DNA of 64,000 nt from Schmidtea polychroa. Its lineage: Eukaryota. Under the pieces are notes generated by a model that was not told the origin of the DNA, did not search any database, and saw only the letters and a list, made by a program, of their open reading frames with translations. The DNA is taken from the NCBI GenBank assembly GCA_044892525.1, contig CM097885.1, forward strand, positions 42,224,001 through 42,288,000, written 5' to 3'. The position numbers and the translations under genes are program-made. Positions 27,301-40,410 of the stretch are shown one piece after another. Every line of letters begins with the position of its first letter. The stretch's first letter is position 1.

Positions 27301-30300
27301 TAGATAATAAAAACTAAATAATTATAATTATAATAATATCAATAATATTTTTAATAAATAAAATAAAATTAATTTTAATAATAATAAATAAAAATAATAA
27401 ATAGTTTCACTTACACTTAAATTTGGCATTCCAGTTGTATTGGGAATAGCGAAATATGACGTCACGGTGAATTTTGGCTGTGTGGTTATCAGAGCATCAT
27501 ACCAAACAACTTCGTCTGTGTTGGCTAGGTTTTGTTTATCTTGGGGTTCCTGGGTCGAACTGTTACTATTCCCATTGATGTACGCCGAACTGTTGGCAAC
27601 TGACATATAATGATTAATGGAATCAGATAATCCTGTATTACCAATACTTGATTGACCGATTTTATTTAAATGTTCGGATGGGTGATTGCTGTGGTTGGAA
27701 GATATATTCGAATGCTCTCTCTGACTTGTAGCAACAATTGCTAAAGTTTCCAATGGATCTTCAGTGTCGGTCATGGACAGTCTGCTATTGGATGTTTCCT
27801 CTTTGGATTCATCTTTCGCTGAATATTCGTTTTCGTCATCATCTGCTAATAACTCTGCAGCTGCTGCTTGAGCCAATTTTGCCATGTCGATATTTTTCTC
27901 AGAATCCTCGTCAGTATCTGCCCCATCATATTGATCGGGATGCGGTTCATGTTCCCGACTTTGTATTCGATTAAGCTGGTCAGTGGAAATCATCCTAATA
28001 CTGTGAACCTGGTCTGTGGATCCTGCTCGTACAATATTACTAACAGGTTGAGTTTGAGACACTAAAACACGATGAGTCGGTCGAATTTGAACGGTTCCAG
28101 GCTGCGATGATGGTTGTTGCATCATAACGGTTTTGACAATTTTCCCTGACTGATTAACAGCATTGACAGGTTGATTCACACAGGGAAAGGTTTTATTTGA
28201 TACAATGCGTAAAACGGGCCTTGGAACTTGATTTGAACCGGGTTTGAGCAAAGCAACAGGAGTGTTTGATGTGGGAACGATACTCGAATTTAAATTTATC
28301 ACTTGTGGCTTAATGGAAGCAGCCGGTTTTTGAGTTGTTGGAACAGTAGAAAATCTGATTTTTGAAGTAGAATTCAAGCTTATCCGCTGTATGTTAGGAT
28401 TGGATTGATTAGTTAAAGTCGACGATTGACTTATTCCCTCAACGGTAGAAAATCGGATAATTTTGTGTTGCACTGGAACCAAAGGTGATGAGTCAGGGGG
28501 TAAATGAGTTGGTTCGGAAGTATTGAATGAAACCGGTATCATTTCTGAAACAGTTGGGGTAGTTACAACAGGAGTTGGAATAATCGTTGTTGATGATTCT
28601 GATTTAGGTGCTGCATCAATACCTAACGATGACGCTGTGGATTGTTGAGACTGAATAGCTTGATTAGATTGTGGAATGTGATAGATTCTTATTTGAAGCA
28701 TATAATAATCTGCTGTTGGAACGGGATTACATGTCAATTCTAAGCTTTCGTCGTGAGCTCGTTCTAATTGTATTTTACTTGGACTTGGAGGTAAAGACGT
28801 TTCAAGATACCACAAGTCCTTAAAACATACCTTAATGATAATAATCATGAATTATATTGACTTTTATAACTAAAAATGAACATTTTTATCTCGAAATACT
28901 CGTAAGTTGACGTTTCAATATATTTTCTGAAAAATTTTTAATTTTTCTTTAAAATTTTTTTTAATTCAATTACTAAATTAATTTTAAATTACACTAAATA
29001 TATTTAATGATTTTAAAATATCATAAATTTTTTATTATTTAATTTAGGACATTTTATAAAAATTAATATCAATATTATTACAAAAAATCAATCGATTTTT
29101 ATTAGAAAAATCCTAAAAATAAAAGAAATTTTGGTGCATAAAAAGCTTGGAAGCATTCGATTTCATTCTCAGAGTCAAATAATGAAGTTTTGAAAACTAA
29201 TCTCAGACCGATTGATATAAATATGTAAACGATATATCAATAAATATACAGCTACTCGTGAAAATTACAGGTATGGGCAATGAAAATTAATTTAGACCCG
29301 TTGCAATCTATTGGATATTACAGCCAAGGTAAATGGGGGGGGGGCGCTAGGTCGCAGCTTTAACTTTTTGAATGTTTTAGGTAGCCAATTACAGTAACAG
29401 ATCTTAACATGTTTCGGAGGAGGGTCAATTTGATATAGTATGCAGAATTTTAACAGCTGTTTGATTGTTGGTGCATATAAGTATCGGTATTATTACAATT
29501 TATTGAATCAAGAGATCGTGTTATTCGCCCCATAATTCGCAAAAGTCATTATGTGGCTTTGACCGCTCTAACATAAGTCAATTTATGCCTACTTACTCTA
29601 ATTTCTGGATGGACTGTTCGACACTGGCTTCATGAATGGGATTTATCATCTAGTTCTGCACGCAAGGTTTCCATTATTTGCAGGAAGATTCGTGCTGCTC
29701 GAGTTCAATAGGTTCAAGATCAGCTAACTTTGGAACAGTGGATCGACGAGAGGAAATTCAACTTTTTTTAGTCAGGTAGACGTTTGAATTTGCTTTGAGA
29801 TAAACTCATGAACGGTATATTTCCCTTGTGCCTACCATTTATTGATCGTCTGTGTATTTCTTATGAACTAATTTATGTTACGTGCCTCAGTTATTCCAAT
29901 CTCCTTTAGCAGCATGGATATCCTACATATCTTGCTATGTTTCATAATGAGGATTATGCTCTTAATCAGAATAACAATTCTATAGATGATCGTACAGGAG
30001 TAGCTTTGGGATCTGCGAGATCATATAGAAATTCTCTATTTACAAAACCGAAACCTATATATAAGAGAAAGTCATTTAGCTGTGTTGGAAAATCGCTGTT
30101 AAATATTTTATTTGTGAATTATGCGAGTGTGGTATATAAACAACTATAACCCAAGAGTAACAAATTATGATAACATTAAATGCTTTGTTTGAAACCCGCT
30201 ATATCAATAAAAATTATTAGTAAATTCAAGCTTTTGCATTTTTTAAGAAGATTGAGCTTCCTGAAAATGTGCACTCTGTGCAAGATAATGAAATGTATTG

Positions 30301-32002
30301 AGTAATCACATTTTCATCAAACTTTCTGGATAAATTTTTTAAATATTTAATTATATAAAAACTAAATTCAGTATTCCTAATGACAAGATTATAATTGTGT
30401 AAATTATAAAAATCATAAATTTCATTAAATGAGCTCCAATATAAATATAATGGTCACCTGATTATTCCATGCCTTTCTGTATCCGTCTCTTCCAGACCAA
30501 ATATATATTCTAGTAGACACAGCCACTGCACTGTGGCCAGCTCTCGGTCTCGGCATTTCAGCTTCATCTGCATCTTCACAAACGCGATCCCAGCTTAACG
30601 TTTCTAAATCCAAACGATGAACAGAATTTGTACATTTCCATTCTTTTTCCTGACTATTTCTATTGTCATCCAGGACAAGTGGAACCCAGCCACCAAAAAT
30701 ATACATTCTGGAAATTTATGGGGTGAATAATTTTATTAAATACTAATAAAGATTTCATTATTATAATTTTAATATATTTTGGGAGCATTTTATGATACGC
30801 CACAATTGTGCTGTGGTTTATATAATATAAATTATTGATCTGATAATTCATTCATTCCTGAAATTTGAAACAAAATTCAACTGTTATATTAACTAACAAT
30901 TTAGAATATACATCTGATATCATAATTGTATTCCTTCTTGGAATTACTCTGTATTTAATTAACTATATTTGGAACTTATTCAATAAATATAAATCAAAAT
31001 TAATAAAATTAATTAAATATTCTGCGTTAATAAATAATTTTAAAAAACTTATTTTTTTTTAATTAATTAGCCAGAATTAAAATTAAATAAATTACTTATT
31101 TCCAACTAGTGTTGCCGAATGTAAACTTCGAGGTTGAGGTATTTCTCCACCGATTGTAGGTTTTGTCCAACTCATTGTGTCAACATTTAAAATATATACA
31201 TCACCATATCGAAATTTATGCATTCCACCATAAACTAACAATTTCCATTGTGTTTGATCTGAGTTTTGTTGAATCAACTACTAATATAAACTAAAATCAA
31301 TTAAAAATCTAATTTTACTTGATATGCAACTGCTGAGTGTGATTCCCTTGGAGTTGGAATAGATCCTTTCATCGATGGAGTTTCCCATATCATTGTACCT
31401 TGTGCCGCTTTGATATCAAGAACATATAAATCATTCAAATACCTAATATTATATAATACACCAGTATTAATATGGCATAATCACCTTGGTATGTTAAATT
31501 TAGCATCTTCACTGTCATTAGCTAAACCACCAAAGAGATACATTTTATTGCCAATTAAAGTTAATGAATGTCCAATTCTAGCACACGGTAGCGAACCACC
31601 TCTAGGAGGTTTAGGGCGTAACTTTTTCCATTCCCATCGACTTGCATGAAGTTCGTATAAATCACCCGAATATTTCCCATATTCTAACATGCCACCAAAC
31701 ATCAATAATCTAGTATTATCTGCCACTAATCCAAATGCAGCACATCCTGGAGGAATCTCACCGCGAAGTGATGGCACAAACCACTGATTTGTTACTAAAA
31801 ATTGCAGATAAAATTAATTAATTATATTACTCTTACAAGTATTATAAGCATGAAGTTCGTCGACAATTCCTTCATTACCACCACCAAATATAATGATAAG
31901 CTCTTTAAGTGCGACAGCTTTATGACCATGTCTTGCACGGGGTGAATTACCAGTAGCTGCAATAACTTTAACCCATTTAGGATTAATTGAATCCGTTAGC
32001 AT
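23716..32002 (-). CDS. HCFC1: Host cell factor (HCF-1-like): Kelch repeats, low-complexity middle region, C-terminal FN3 domains; 7 exons, about 1029 aa
   Basis: Exons 32002-31837, 31794-31485, 31442-31319, 31277-31096, 30707-30458, 28830-27415 and 24357-23716 join in frame through GT-AG introns (3090 nt). Diagnostic motifs: [82 protein letters not shown]. Confidence 0.95.
24650..25823 (-). mobile_element. Intact IS630-Tc1-mariner transposon (DD34E) in HCF intron 6
   Basis: Perfect 31-bp TIRs CAGGGTTTTTCATCATATTTTGACATTTTGT, TA TSD, uninterrupted 335-aa ORF. Confidence 0.95.
24763..25770 (-). CDS. DD34E transposase (IS630/Tc1-like)
   Basis: N-terminal HTH; catalytic IDEVG, MDNVPFH and [12 protein letters not shown], with 34 residues between the second D and E. 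Confidence 0.93.
   Translation of the reverse strand: MKNQNINNEDRNRIIQAYIKGHSASDLSSILGFKRTTIYSIIKKYKNHESIEKKQRGGQRRKSLSEQDKEAIRGWIDENCALTLKQIKSKIELERGVVVSQSTINRCIGGFGYSMKRINIMPIKRNTVEVIELRAQYANRFMELLSTIDDSKIFCIDEVGFNVSIRSRRGRSLKNKRAVQNVSSIRARNISVCCAMNKEGIFKYFPQTKSYNTQSFLEFIRLIIEKMSSLNISDAIFIMDNVPFHKNIAIKEEIEISGHRILFLPPYSPFLNPIENLFSKWKQFIRSSRPEGEDQLFENIENGSSFISPDDCKNYFRHMLRFLPFCIRNEPVIDE
25969..26007 (-). ncRNA. Second hammerhead copy with a stem II mismatch
   Basis: The minus strand reads CAC-CTGATGA-G-GAAAG-GAAAA-CTGTC-GAAA-TTAATC-GTG. Confidence 0.65.
26690..26865. repeat. 45-bp in-frame tandem repeat (about 4 copies) inside the Penelope ORF
   Basis: The unit encodes [15 protein letters not shown]. 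Confidence 0.9.
27011..27049 (+). ncRNA. Minimal type I hammerhead ribozyme (Penelope pLTR)
   Basis: CAC-CTGATGA-T-GACAG-GAAAA-CTGTC-GAAA-TTAA-TC-GTG: conserved cores, 5-bp stem II, palindromic stem III, stem I CAC/GTG. Confidence 0.8.
27415..28830 (-). CDS. HCFC1: HCF exon 6 (Kelch end, SAS1N, basic/acidic region)
   Basis: Starts [11 protein letters not shown] after TAAG and ends at a GTAAGT donor. Confidence 0.88.
29330..30150 (+). mobile_element. Possible decayed non-LTR retrotransposon 3' fragment in HCF intron 5
   Basis: GC-richer island with only weak resemblance to an RT-thumb tail (YISLVPTIY). Confidence 0.25.
30458..32002 (-). CDS. HCFC1: HCF exons 1-5 (Kelch beta-propeller)
   Basis: Five exons separated by introns of 42, 42, 41 and 388 bp; Kelch GG/W motifs throughout. 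Confidence 0.92.
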
Positions 32003-32230
32003 TTATTTAACAATAATGAAAAAATTTTAAATAAACAAAAATGGTCGTTTGAAATATATTATTTTTAGTTATTAAAACAATTTTTATCGTAAAGAAATTA
32101 AAAATGATTTTTATGATAGGAAAACTTAAATTATAAAAAATTAAAAAAAGAAGAAATGTTTATAAAATTAATTGGGGATTTTTTATAAGAAAGAAGCACG
32201 AATTTTATTTAAATTTTTGGAAGATAAATA

Positions 32231-33625
32231 CAGGTAACCCTCGATTAACACGGTAGTTTGGTTCCAAGAATACTCCGTGCTAATTAAAACCGTGTTAATT
32301 GAGACTAACAATTAATACAATTCATGGGGTTTGGTTCCAAAAAATTTTAAAAATGATTTATGATTTTGATAGATTTTATTATTTTCATGCATCCAGTACA
32401 AAAACAGAAGATTGAAAATAAATATCATAAATATCAAAATAAAAATATGGCATAATTTAAATTGACCATAGATAATGTTAACAAATTCCATCATAACCAC
32501 TTTCAACTTCATCATCACTCTCAAAATCTCTGAAAAAATATGTAATGTGTGGCTGAATAATTTTTACTGGTGCTTCTTCATCACTTGAATAATTTTCTGG
32601 CACTTCATTAGTCGCTTGTGGTTTCTGGATTATGGTTATCAAATCAGTGAGAAGAGCATGTTTTTGATATTTTTTAAGTTCTTTCTCGACTTCTCGGTAA
32701 GAAGCTAAGCATTTTCCTATCTCGCGTTGAATTTTCAGACTACGGTCCATTGACGTATCATTGTCAAGGAAATGGTTTTCTAATTTTTTAGCCATCTCAA
32801 ATCCTTCTCTTAATGATTTGAGTGTGAAGTTTTGCTCTGCGGCATCACTCTCAGTATCAGTGTCTGAGCTTGGTAAATCCGTATAAGTTTCGTTGACCAT
32901 CGCCTCTAACTCCTCTTCTCCCAAATTTGGTTCGGCTAGCAATTCTTTCACATCCCGAATGGCCAAATTTTCAAATCCTTCTCCGCCTAAGGAATGAGCT
33001 AAATCGACAATAGCACGATATTCATCCAATACTGCTCGACCACTATAAAATCTTATTGGTTTTAAATGTATCTTAACTGAACTGATTTTAAACGATTTAA
33101 AATTTAAATTTACTTAATTCTGACAATTTTTATTTTTTAGAAATCACTTCTTTTCACTTTTATTTATTAAAAATCAATTTTTATTTTTTAAAAATCACTT
33201 TTTTTAAGAGCTTCTTTTCACTACAAGAAATCAGTAATGTATGACTTGAATGGCTTGGACATAAAATATACAAACATAAAAAACAGTTACTGCGATTGAG
33301 AAAATTTGAAAACGTACATTACATATGTATACATATTTAAAAAAACAAGCCAACTAAGATTGTACAAATTTGAAAATGTACATTACATTACATATATTTA
33401 TTTATACGTATATGTATACGTATATGTACATAAAAAAGTCAACTAAGATTCTACAAATTTGAATTTTGAAACCGTGTTAATTAAGGGTTTTCATCAATTT
33501 TTAAGCCGTGTAAAATCAAAACCGTGCTAAAAAATATCGTGTTAGACAAGGGTGTGCCGCGATATTTTAACCGTGTTAAAGCGAAATCGTGTTATTCAAG
33601 TACCGTGTTAATCGAGGGTTACCTG
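32231..33625 (-). mobile_element. Internally deleted Tigger/pogo element
   Basis: Perfect 25-bp TIRs CAGGTAACCCTCGATTAACACGGTA and TA TSD. Tigger C-terminal remnant at 32478-33029 (GGEGFENL..FTLKSLREGF). Confidence 0.9.
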
Positions 33626-33657
33626 TACAAAATTAATTCATCATAAACGACCATGCG

Positions 33658-36285
33658 TTTTTGAATTAAAGTAATCAATGGTCAATAATTTTAATTTAAA
33701 GTTAAATAAGTAAATTAAGGGCTAAATTATGAAATTAAAGAAAATGATGGGTCCAAATTTTAAAGTTAAAGTAAATTATGGTTCAAAAAATTAAATTAAA
33801 GTAATCAATGGGTTCAAATAAGTAAATTATGGTTCAAATTTTTAAAATAAAGCAAATTATGGTTCAAATTTTAAATTAACGTAAATCAAGGTACAAAATT
33901 TTAAATTAAAGTAATGACTAAAAATAACTAAATTAAGGTTCTAAAAAATTAAATTAAAGTTAATTAAGGTCCAAATTTTAAAATTAAGTAATCAATGGTC
34001 AAAAATTTTAAATTAAAGTTAAATAAGTAAATTAGAGTAATAATTTTTAAATAAGTAAATTAAAGTAAGATTTTTAAATTTATTAACAAAAAGTTGGAAT
34101 AATAGTAGGTGTTTGAAAATTGAAATTTTTTAATGAAATTTTTTATGAAATAATTTTTTAAGTAATTTTTAATAGAAATTTTAATGAAATATTTTTCAAT
34201 GGTAATTTTAGATGGAAATTTTTATGGAATAATTTTTAAGATAATTTTTAATGAAAATTTTTATGAAATATTTTTCAAAGACAAATTTTAATAATAATTC
34301 AACAGTTACCAACAACCAGTAACTTACGAACATGTATTTACAACCAGATACCTACAACTATCTATTAACTACCAATTACCTGATACCAAGTACATACAAC
34401 CACCTACCAAGTACTAACAACCAAAAACAACCAGCTAACAACTAGGTACCAGATACCAAGTACTCACAACCGAAAACAACCAGGTACTAAGCATTATCAA
34501 CCAACTACTAATTACTTACAACCACCTAACAAGTACTAACAACCAAAAACAACCAGCTAACAACTAGGTACCAGATACCAAGTACTCACAACCGAAAACA
34601 ACCAGGTACTAAGCATTATCAACCAACTACTAATTACTTATAACCACCTAACAAGTACTAACAACCAAAAACAACCAGCTAACAACTAGGTACCAGATAC
34701 CAAGTACTCACAACCGAAAACAACCAGGTACTAAGCATTATCAACCAACTACTAAGTACCTACAACCACCTAACAAGTACTAACAACCAAAAACAACCAG
34801 CTAACAACTAGGTACCAGATACCAAGTACTCACAACCGTCAACAACCAGGTACTAAGCATTATCAACCAACTACTAAGTACTAACAACCGACAAACAACA
34901 AGCTAACAACTAGCTACCACCTACAAAGTACTAACAACCGACAACAACCAGGTACTAAGCATTATCAACCAACGACTAAGTACCTACAACCTACAACTAA
35001 ATACTAACAACCAGTTACCTGATACCAAGCACATACAACCACCTAACAAGTACTAACAACCAAAACATGCAACCAACTAGGTACCAGATACCAAGTACCA
35101 TGTACCATGTACCAAGTAAAAACAACCAAGTACTAACACCCGACATCAACCAGGTACTAAGCACTATCAACCAACTACTAACAACCAAGTACAAGATATC
35201 TAGTACTAAGCCCTGTCAACTAGATACCAAGTACTTACATCTAAATGATCACATGAAATTATTGGTTAAATAAGTAAATTAATGTCTAATTTTAAAATTT
35301 AAGTAATCAATGGTCAAAAATATTAAAGTTAAAGTCAATTTAAGTTGAAATTTTTCTGGGATTTTTAATGTTAATTTTAGATGCAAATTTTCGTCAATTA
35401 ATCAGTGTCCACATGAAATTATTGATTAAATATGAAAATAAGGGTTTTATTTAGTTGTTAAGTAAATTATGGTGTAAAATTAAGTAATAAAGAATAATTA
35501 GGTAAATTAAGGTTCAAAATTTAAAATTAAGTAACCAATGGTTCAAATTTTAAATTAAAGCTAAATAAGTAAATTAAACTAAGATTTTTAAATTTATTAT
35601 CAAAAGATTTTTTTTGAGAAATGTAATTTTTAATGAAAATTTAAATGTAAAATTTTTTTTTATGTAATTTTTAATGGAAATTTTAATGAAATCATTTTTT
35701 AAGTTAATTTTTATGAAATATTTTTTAAGATAATTTTAAATACAAATTTCAATGAAATATTTTTTAAAGTCAAATGAAAATTTCAATGGAATAATAATAA
35801 TAATAATAATATTAATAAAAAAAATAATATTAATATTAATAAAAATAATTATAATAATAATAAAACTAATAATAATAATTCAACAGTTACTGATTATTTT
35901 TAACTAGGTGCTAACAAATAAGTACCAAATACTTTCAACATGATACCATGTACTAACTAACTCTCAAACAATCAGATACTTACAACTAACTACTAAATAT
36001 TCTTCATTATATTTTATGAAATGAAAAATATGTTTAATTACAATCAGTAGAAAAACCTTTTCAAAATGTCTAAATTTAACAAAAATGTTGATTTTCATCA
36101 AAAAATGAATAATTGTCAACTCATCACCACGTAGAATTGATGATAATTTAAATAACAATGAAAAATTATAGAATTTTAATTCACAAAACATTCTTCTTTT
36201 AAATGATAACTACTGACTTATTATTGCAATGTAAAAATCGCATTCAATAAATATTTATTGTTGATCAGTTTTATTATATGTACTT

Positions 36286-36321
<36 letters not shown>

Positions 36322-37230
36322 ACAACAACATCGACAACAACTAAATAAAATTGATCTTTATTGGAAGAAATCTTGATTTTAATTAGTAATTAAATCGGTT
36401 GAATATTGGTTGAATATTGCTATCTGGTACCTAGTTGTTAGCTGGTTGTTTTTGGTTGTTAGTACTTGTTAGGTGGTTGTAGGTACTTAGTAGTTGGTTG
36501 ATAATGCTTAGTACCTGGTTGTTTTCGGTTGTGAGTACTTGGTATCTGGTACCTAGTTGTTAGCTGGTTGTTTTTGGTTGTTAGTACTTGGTAGGTGGTT
36601 GTATGTACTTGGTATCAGGTAACTGTTAGTTAGTAGATAGTTTGTAGTTAGTAGATAGTTGTAGGTATCTGGTTGTAAATACATGTTCGTAAGTTACTGG
36701 TTGTTGGTAACTGTTGAATTATTATTAAAATTTGTCTTTGAAAAATATTTCATAAAAATTTTCATTAAAAATTATCTTAAAAATTATTCCATAAAAATTT
36801 CCATCTAAAATTACCATTGAAAAATATTTCATTAAAATTTCTATTAAAAATTACTTAAAAAATTATTTCATAAAAAATTTCATTAAAAAATTTCAATTTT
36901 CAAACACCTACTATTATTCCAACTTTTTGTTAATAAATTTAAAAATCTTACTTTAATTTACTTATTTAAAAATTATTACTCTAATTTACTTATTTAACTT
37001 TAATTTAAAATTTTTGACCATTGATTACTTAATTTTAAAATTTGGACCTTAATTTACTTTAATTCAATTATTAGACATATTATTTATTGTAATTCAAAAT
37101 TTTGGATCTTAATTTACTTTAATTTTAAAATTTGGACCCATCATTTACTTTAATTTCATAATTTAGCCCTTAATTTACTTATTTAACTTTAAATTAAAAT
37201 TATTGACCATTGATTACTTTAATTCAAAAA
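33658..37230. repeat. Foldback-type inverted repeat (arms about 33658-34580 and 36421-37230)
   Basis: The right arm is the reverse complement of the left, including AT-rich subrepeats and the start of the 122-bp array. Confidence 0.8.
34385..35230. repeat. 122-bp tandem satellite (about 4 clean copies, then degenerate)
   Basis: ACTAGGTACCAGATACC recurs at 34441, 34563, 34685 and 34807. Confidence 0.9.
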
Positions 37231-37299
37231 TCTTAGCCCATAATTTACTGTAATTTAATTTTTAGACCCATAATTTGCTTTATTTTAAATAATTTACCA

Positions 37300-38509
37300 C
37301 GTTTTTTAGTGTAGACCACTTTTTTCTATTGAAATTCTCAGGACCAAGACGACCCACCTGAATTGATCTAGAAAAATCCATGCTTTTTTAGTGATAATCG
37401 GATTTTTGTATTGAAAATATCCTGAGACCTTAAATTACCACTGTTTTTTAGTGTAGACCACCTTTCTGTATTGAAAATCCCTGGATCAATCGAGACCCCC
37501 TCACTATAGTCTGAAAATTCTATGCTTTTTTAGTGTAGATCACCTTTTTTTATTGAAATTCTCAGGACCAAGGAGACCCACCTTAATTTACTTTGAAAAT
37601 TCCATGCTTTTTTTAGTGGTAATCGGATTTTTGTATTGAAAAATATTTTTTTGTATTGAAAATACCAGGACCATCGAGACCCCCTCACTATAGTCTGAAT
37701 AATCCTTGGCTTTTTTAGTGTAGACCACTTTTTTCTATTGAAATTCTCAGGACCAAGACGACCCACCTGAATTGATCTAGAAAAATCCATGCTTTTTTAG
37801 TGATAATCGGATTTTTGTATTGAAAATATCCTGAGACCTTAAATTACCACTGTTTTTTAGTGTAGACCACCTTTCTGTATTGAAAATCCCTGGATCAATC
37901 GAGACCCCCTCACTATAGTCTGAAAATTCTATGCTTTTTTAGTGTAGATCACCTTTTTTTATTGAAATTCTCAGGACCAAGGAGACCCACCTTAATTTAC
38001 TTTGAAAATTCCATGCTTTTTTTAGTGGTAATCGGATTTTTGTATTGAAAAATATTTTTTTGTATTGAAAATACCAGGACCATCGAGACCCCCTCACTAT
38101 AGTCTGAATAATCCTTGGCTTTTTTAGTGTAGACCACCTTTTCTATTGAAAAAATAATATTTTGTATTGAAAATCCTAGGACCATCGAGACCCCTTCACT
38201 ATAGTCTGAATAATCCTTGGCTTTTTGTATTAAAATACCAGGACCATCGAGACCCCCTCACTATAGTCAGAAAAATATTTGGCTTTTTTAGTGATAGTTG
38301 GATTTTCTATTGAAAAAAAAATTTGTATTGAAAATCCCAGGATCATTGAGACCCCCTCACTATAGTCTGATAAAAAAAATTTTGTACTAAAAATCCCTGA
38401 AAGCAAAAAATGTGAGTTGCAGCAATTGCGTAATAAAAAAGTTGCAGCAAATAATAAGTTGCAGCAGAACCCCCCCCCCCCCCCCGGGGTCATTGCTGCA
38501 GTACGCTCC
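37300..38509. repeat. 409-bp higher-order tandem repeat of shorter subunits ending in a TIR-like terminus
   Basis: GTAGACCACTTTTTTCTATTG recurs at 37311 and 37720. The array ends in GTTGCAGCA repeats, poly-C and TGCTGCAGTACGCTCC. Confidence 0.75.
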
Positions 38510-38524
38510 TAACTACCTACTAAC

Positions 38525-40011
38525 GCCACGAGTCCGTCCTAGTATTTATGGAGCTTCAAAAAGCTGCAATTTCTGCAATGGAAATTATTTCTGAATGGGA
38601 TGACAAAACAACTTCTTCTTCTACAATTCAGCTTCTATCTGTTATTAGGAGTACAGAATTTCAAGTATCGCTTCATGTTCTTGCAAAGGTTTTTGCTATA
38701 ACCCTTCCGCTAAGTCGATTACTACAAACAATAAATCTTGATCTGGCCGCTGCAATGGGACTGGCAGAAAATGTTGAAGAGGTGCTAGATCAAACACGAC
38801 GCGAAATAGAAAAGCAATTTAATACCATTTTCAGTGACGTCAAGAAAATATGTGACGAACTTAATGTAGAAATACGAATTCCTAGTCTAACCGGAAGACA
38901 AGTTCATCGCTGCAACATTGTAGTTGAAAATCCTGAAGAGTATTATCGTAATGCCATCTTCATTCCTTTTGTGGATTCTACAAAGATGCAAATTCACGAT
39001 CGGTTTCTGAAACATAAAAATATATTGCAAAGTTTTATGTGTCTTTTGCCAAATGAACAAAAAACTTTTCATCAGAGCACGAAAATTCTGCAAAAATCCT
39101 TTTAGAAAAATATAATAGTATTACAAACTGTAGCATAGTTGAGGGCATTGGTGAGCTGAAGCTATGGTGGCGCCATGTTTTAAATTCTTCGAATACACCA
39201 AAAAATGCTCATAGTGCATTTTTAGCATGCGACGATTCAATTTTCCCAAATGTTCGAAAATTACTTAAAATATTTGCTACACTACCAGTTACAACATCAA
39301 GCAGTGAACGATCTTTTTCAACATTGAGACCGACTTAAAACGTATTTACGCAACACAATGAGTGAAGATAGGTTAAATGGATTAGCGTTACTTAATATTC
39401 ATCGTAATGTCGCAATTTCTACAGATGCAGTTCTAGATGAACTACAAAAAATTCACGTAAATTAGAAATTCGCTTGTATTAGGTAATTATGGATAGAAAA
39501 ATCTTTGAACTTCAGTCTTAATTTATATTGCTTTTTATTTTTTTCAGAAAATAGTGCTTTTGCTGAATATGCAATTTTTCTTCTATTTTATAAGAAAACA
39601 ATACATAATTTTTAATATATATATTGAGTTTTCTTATACAAAGATATTCATCATATGTATAATTTTTTATTAATTTTTTATTAATTTTTCTTATATAATT
39701 TTTAATATGTATATAGTATATTACTTTTTTTCTAATAAAACTTTTATATTAATTTTTCTTATAATGTATAATTATTATTCATATTTCTTAATAAATTTTT
39801 ATTTAGTTTTCTTTACAATTTTCTACAAAAAAGTTGAGAGAAAAATATACCTATAGGTAATTGTTTTTATATTGAAATAAAGTGAAATATAATTTGTATA
39901 TAATTTGGTAAATAGTGCTAGCTATTACGTGAAAAAATAAAAATACATATACAAAATATGTTTTCTGAACCCCCCCCCCCCCCCCATGGATTCATCCCGC
40001 GTACGCGCCTG
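38525..40011 (+). mobile_element. hAT transposon 3' half (THAP12/ZMYM1-like)
   Basis: ORF 38548-39105, then LPVTTSSSERSFSTLR..LRNTMSEDRLNGLALLNIH. Terminus CCCGCGTACGCGCCTG. Confidence 0.82.
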
Positions 40012-40183
40012 TAAACGACTAATCCTCGTATTCCTGGAAGTGACCACACTGGCCACAAAAGATTTTAAAATTATCTTGAGTATATCTTTAGATAAAAACT
40101 TGAAATGTTTATTTCTGTAATTTAATCTATATTTGACTAATTAATTAATTAATTAATTAATTGACAAAATAATCACAGTAGTA

Positions 40184-40410
40184 GTGGTAAAAGAAATCAA
40201 ACCAGAATTCATCGGAGGCATTGATACAATGAAAGAGTTTGGAATAAAGTTAGTGAAAATCAATAACATAGAAACGTCATTGATAAACAAAATTTACACT
40301 GGTGAAGAAAGAATAAATAAAGCACTATTGGCGATTGTATGTGAGAGTAGAAAAGATATTGAAGGAATGATCAGGGAATACGGTGGAATTTTTATGGCAT
40401 CGAAATTCGA
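40184..40410 (+). pseudogene. Gypsy pol fragment (protease-RT linker)
   Basis: FIGGIDTMKEFGIKL...GIFMASKF; partly duplicated near 40850-40915. Confidence 0.45.
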
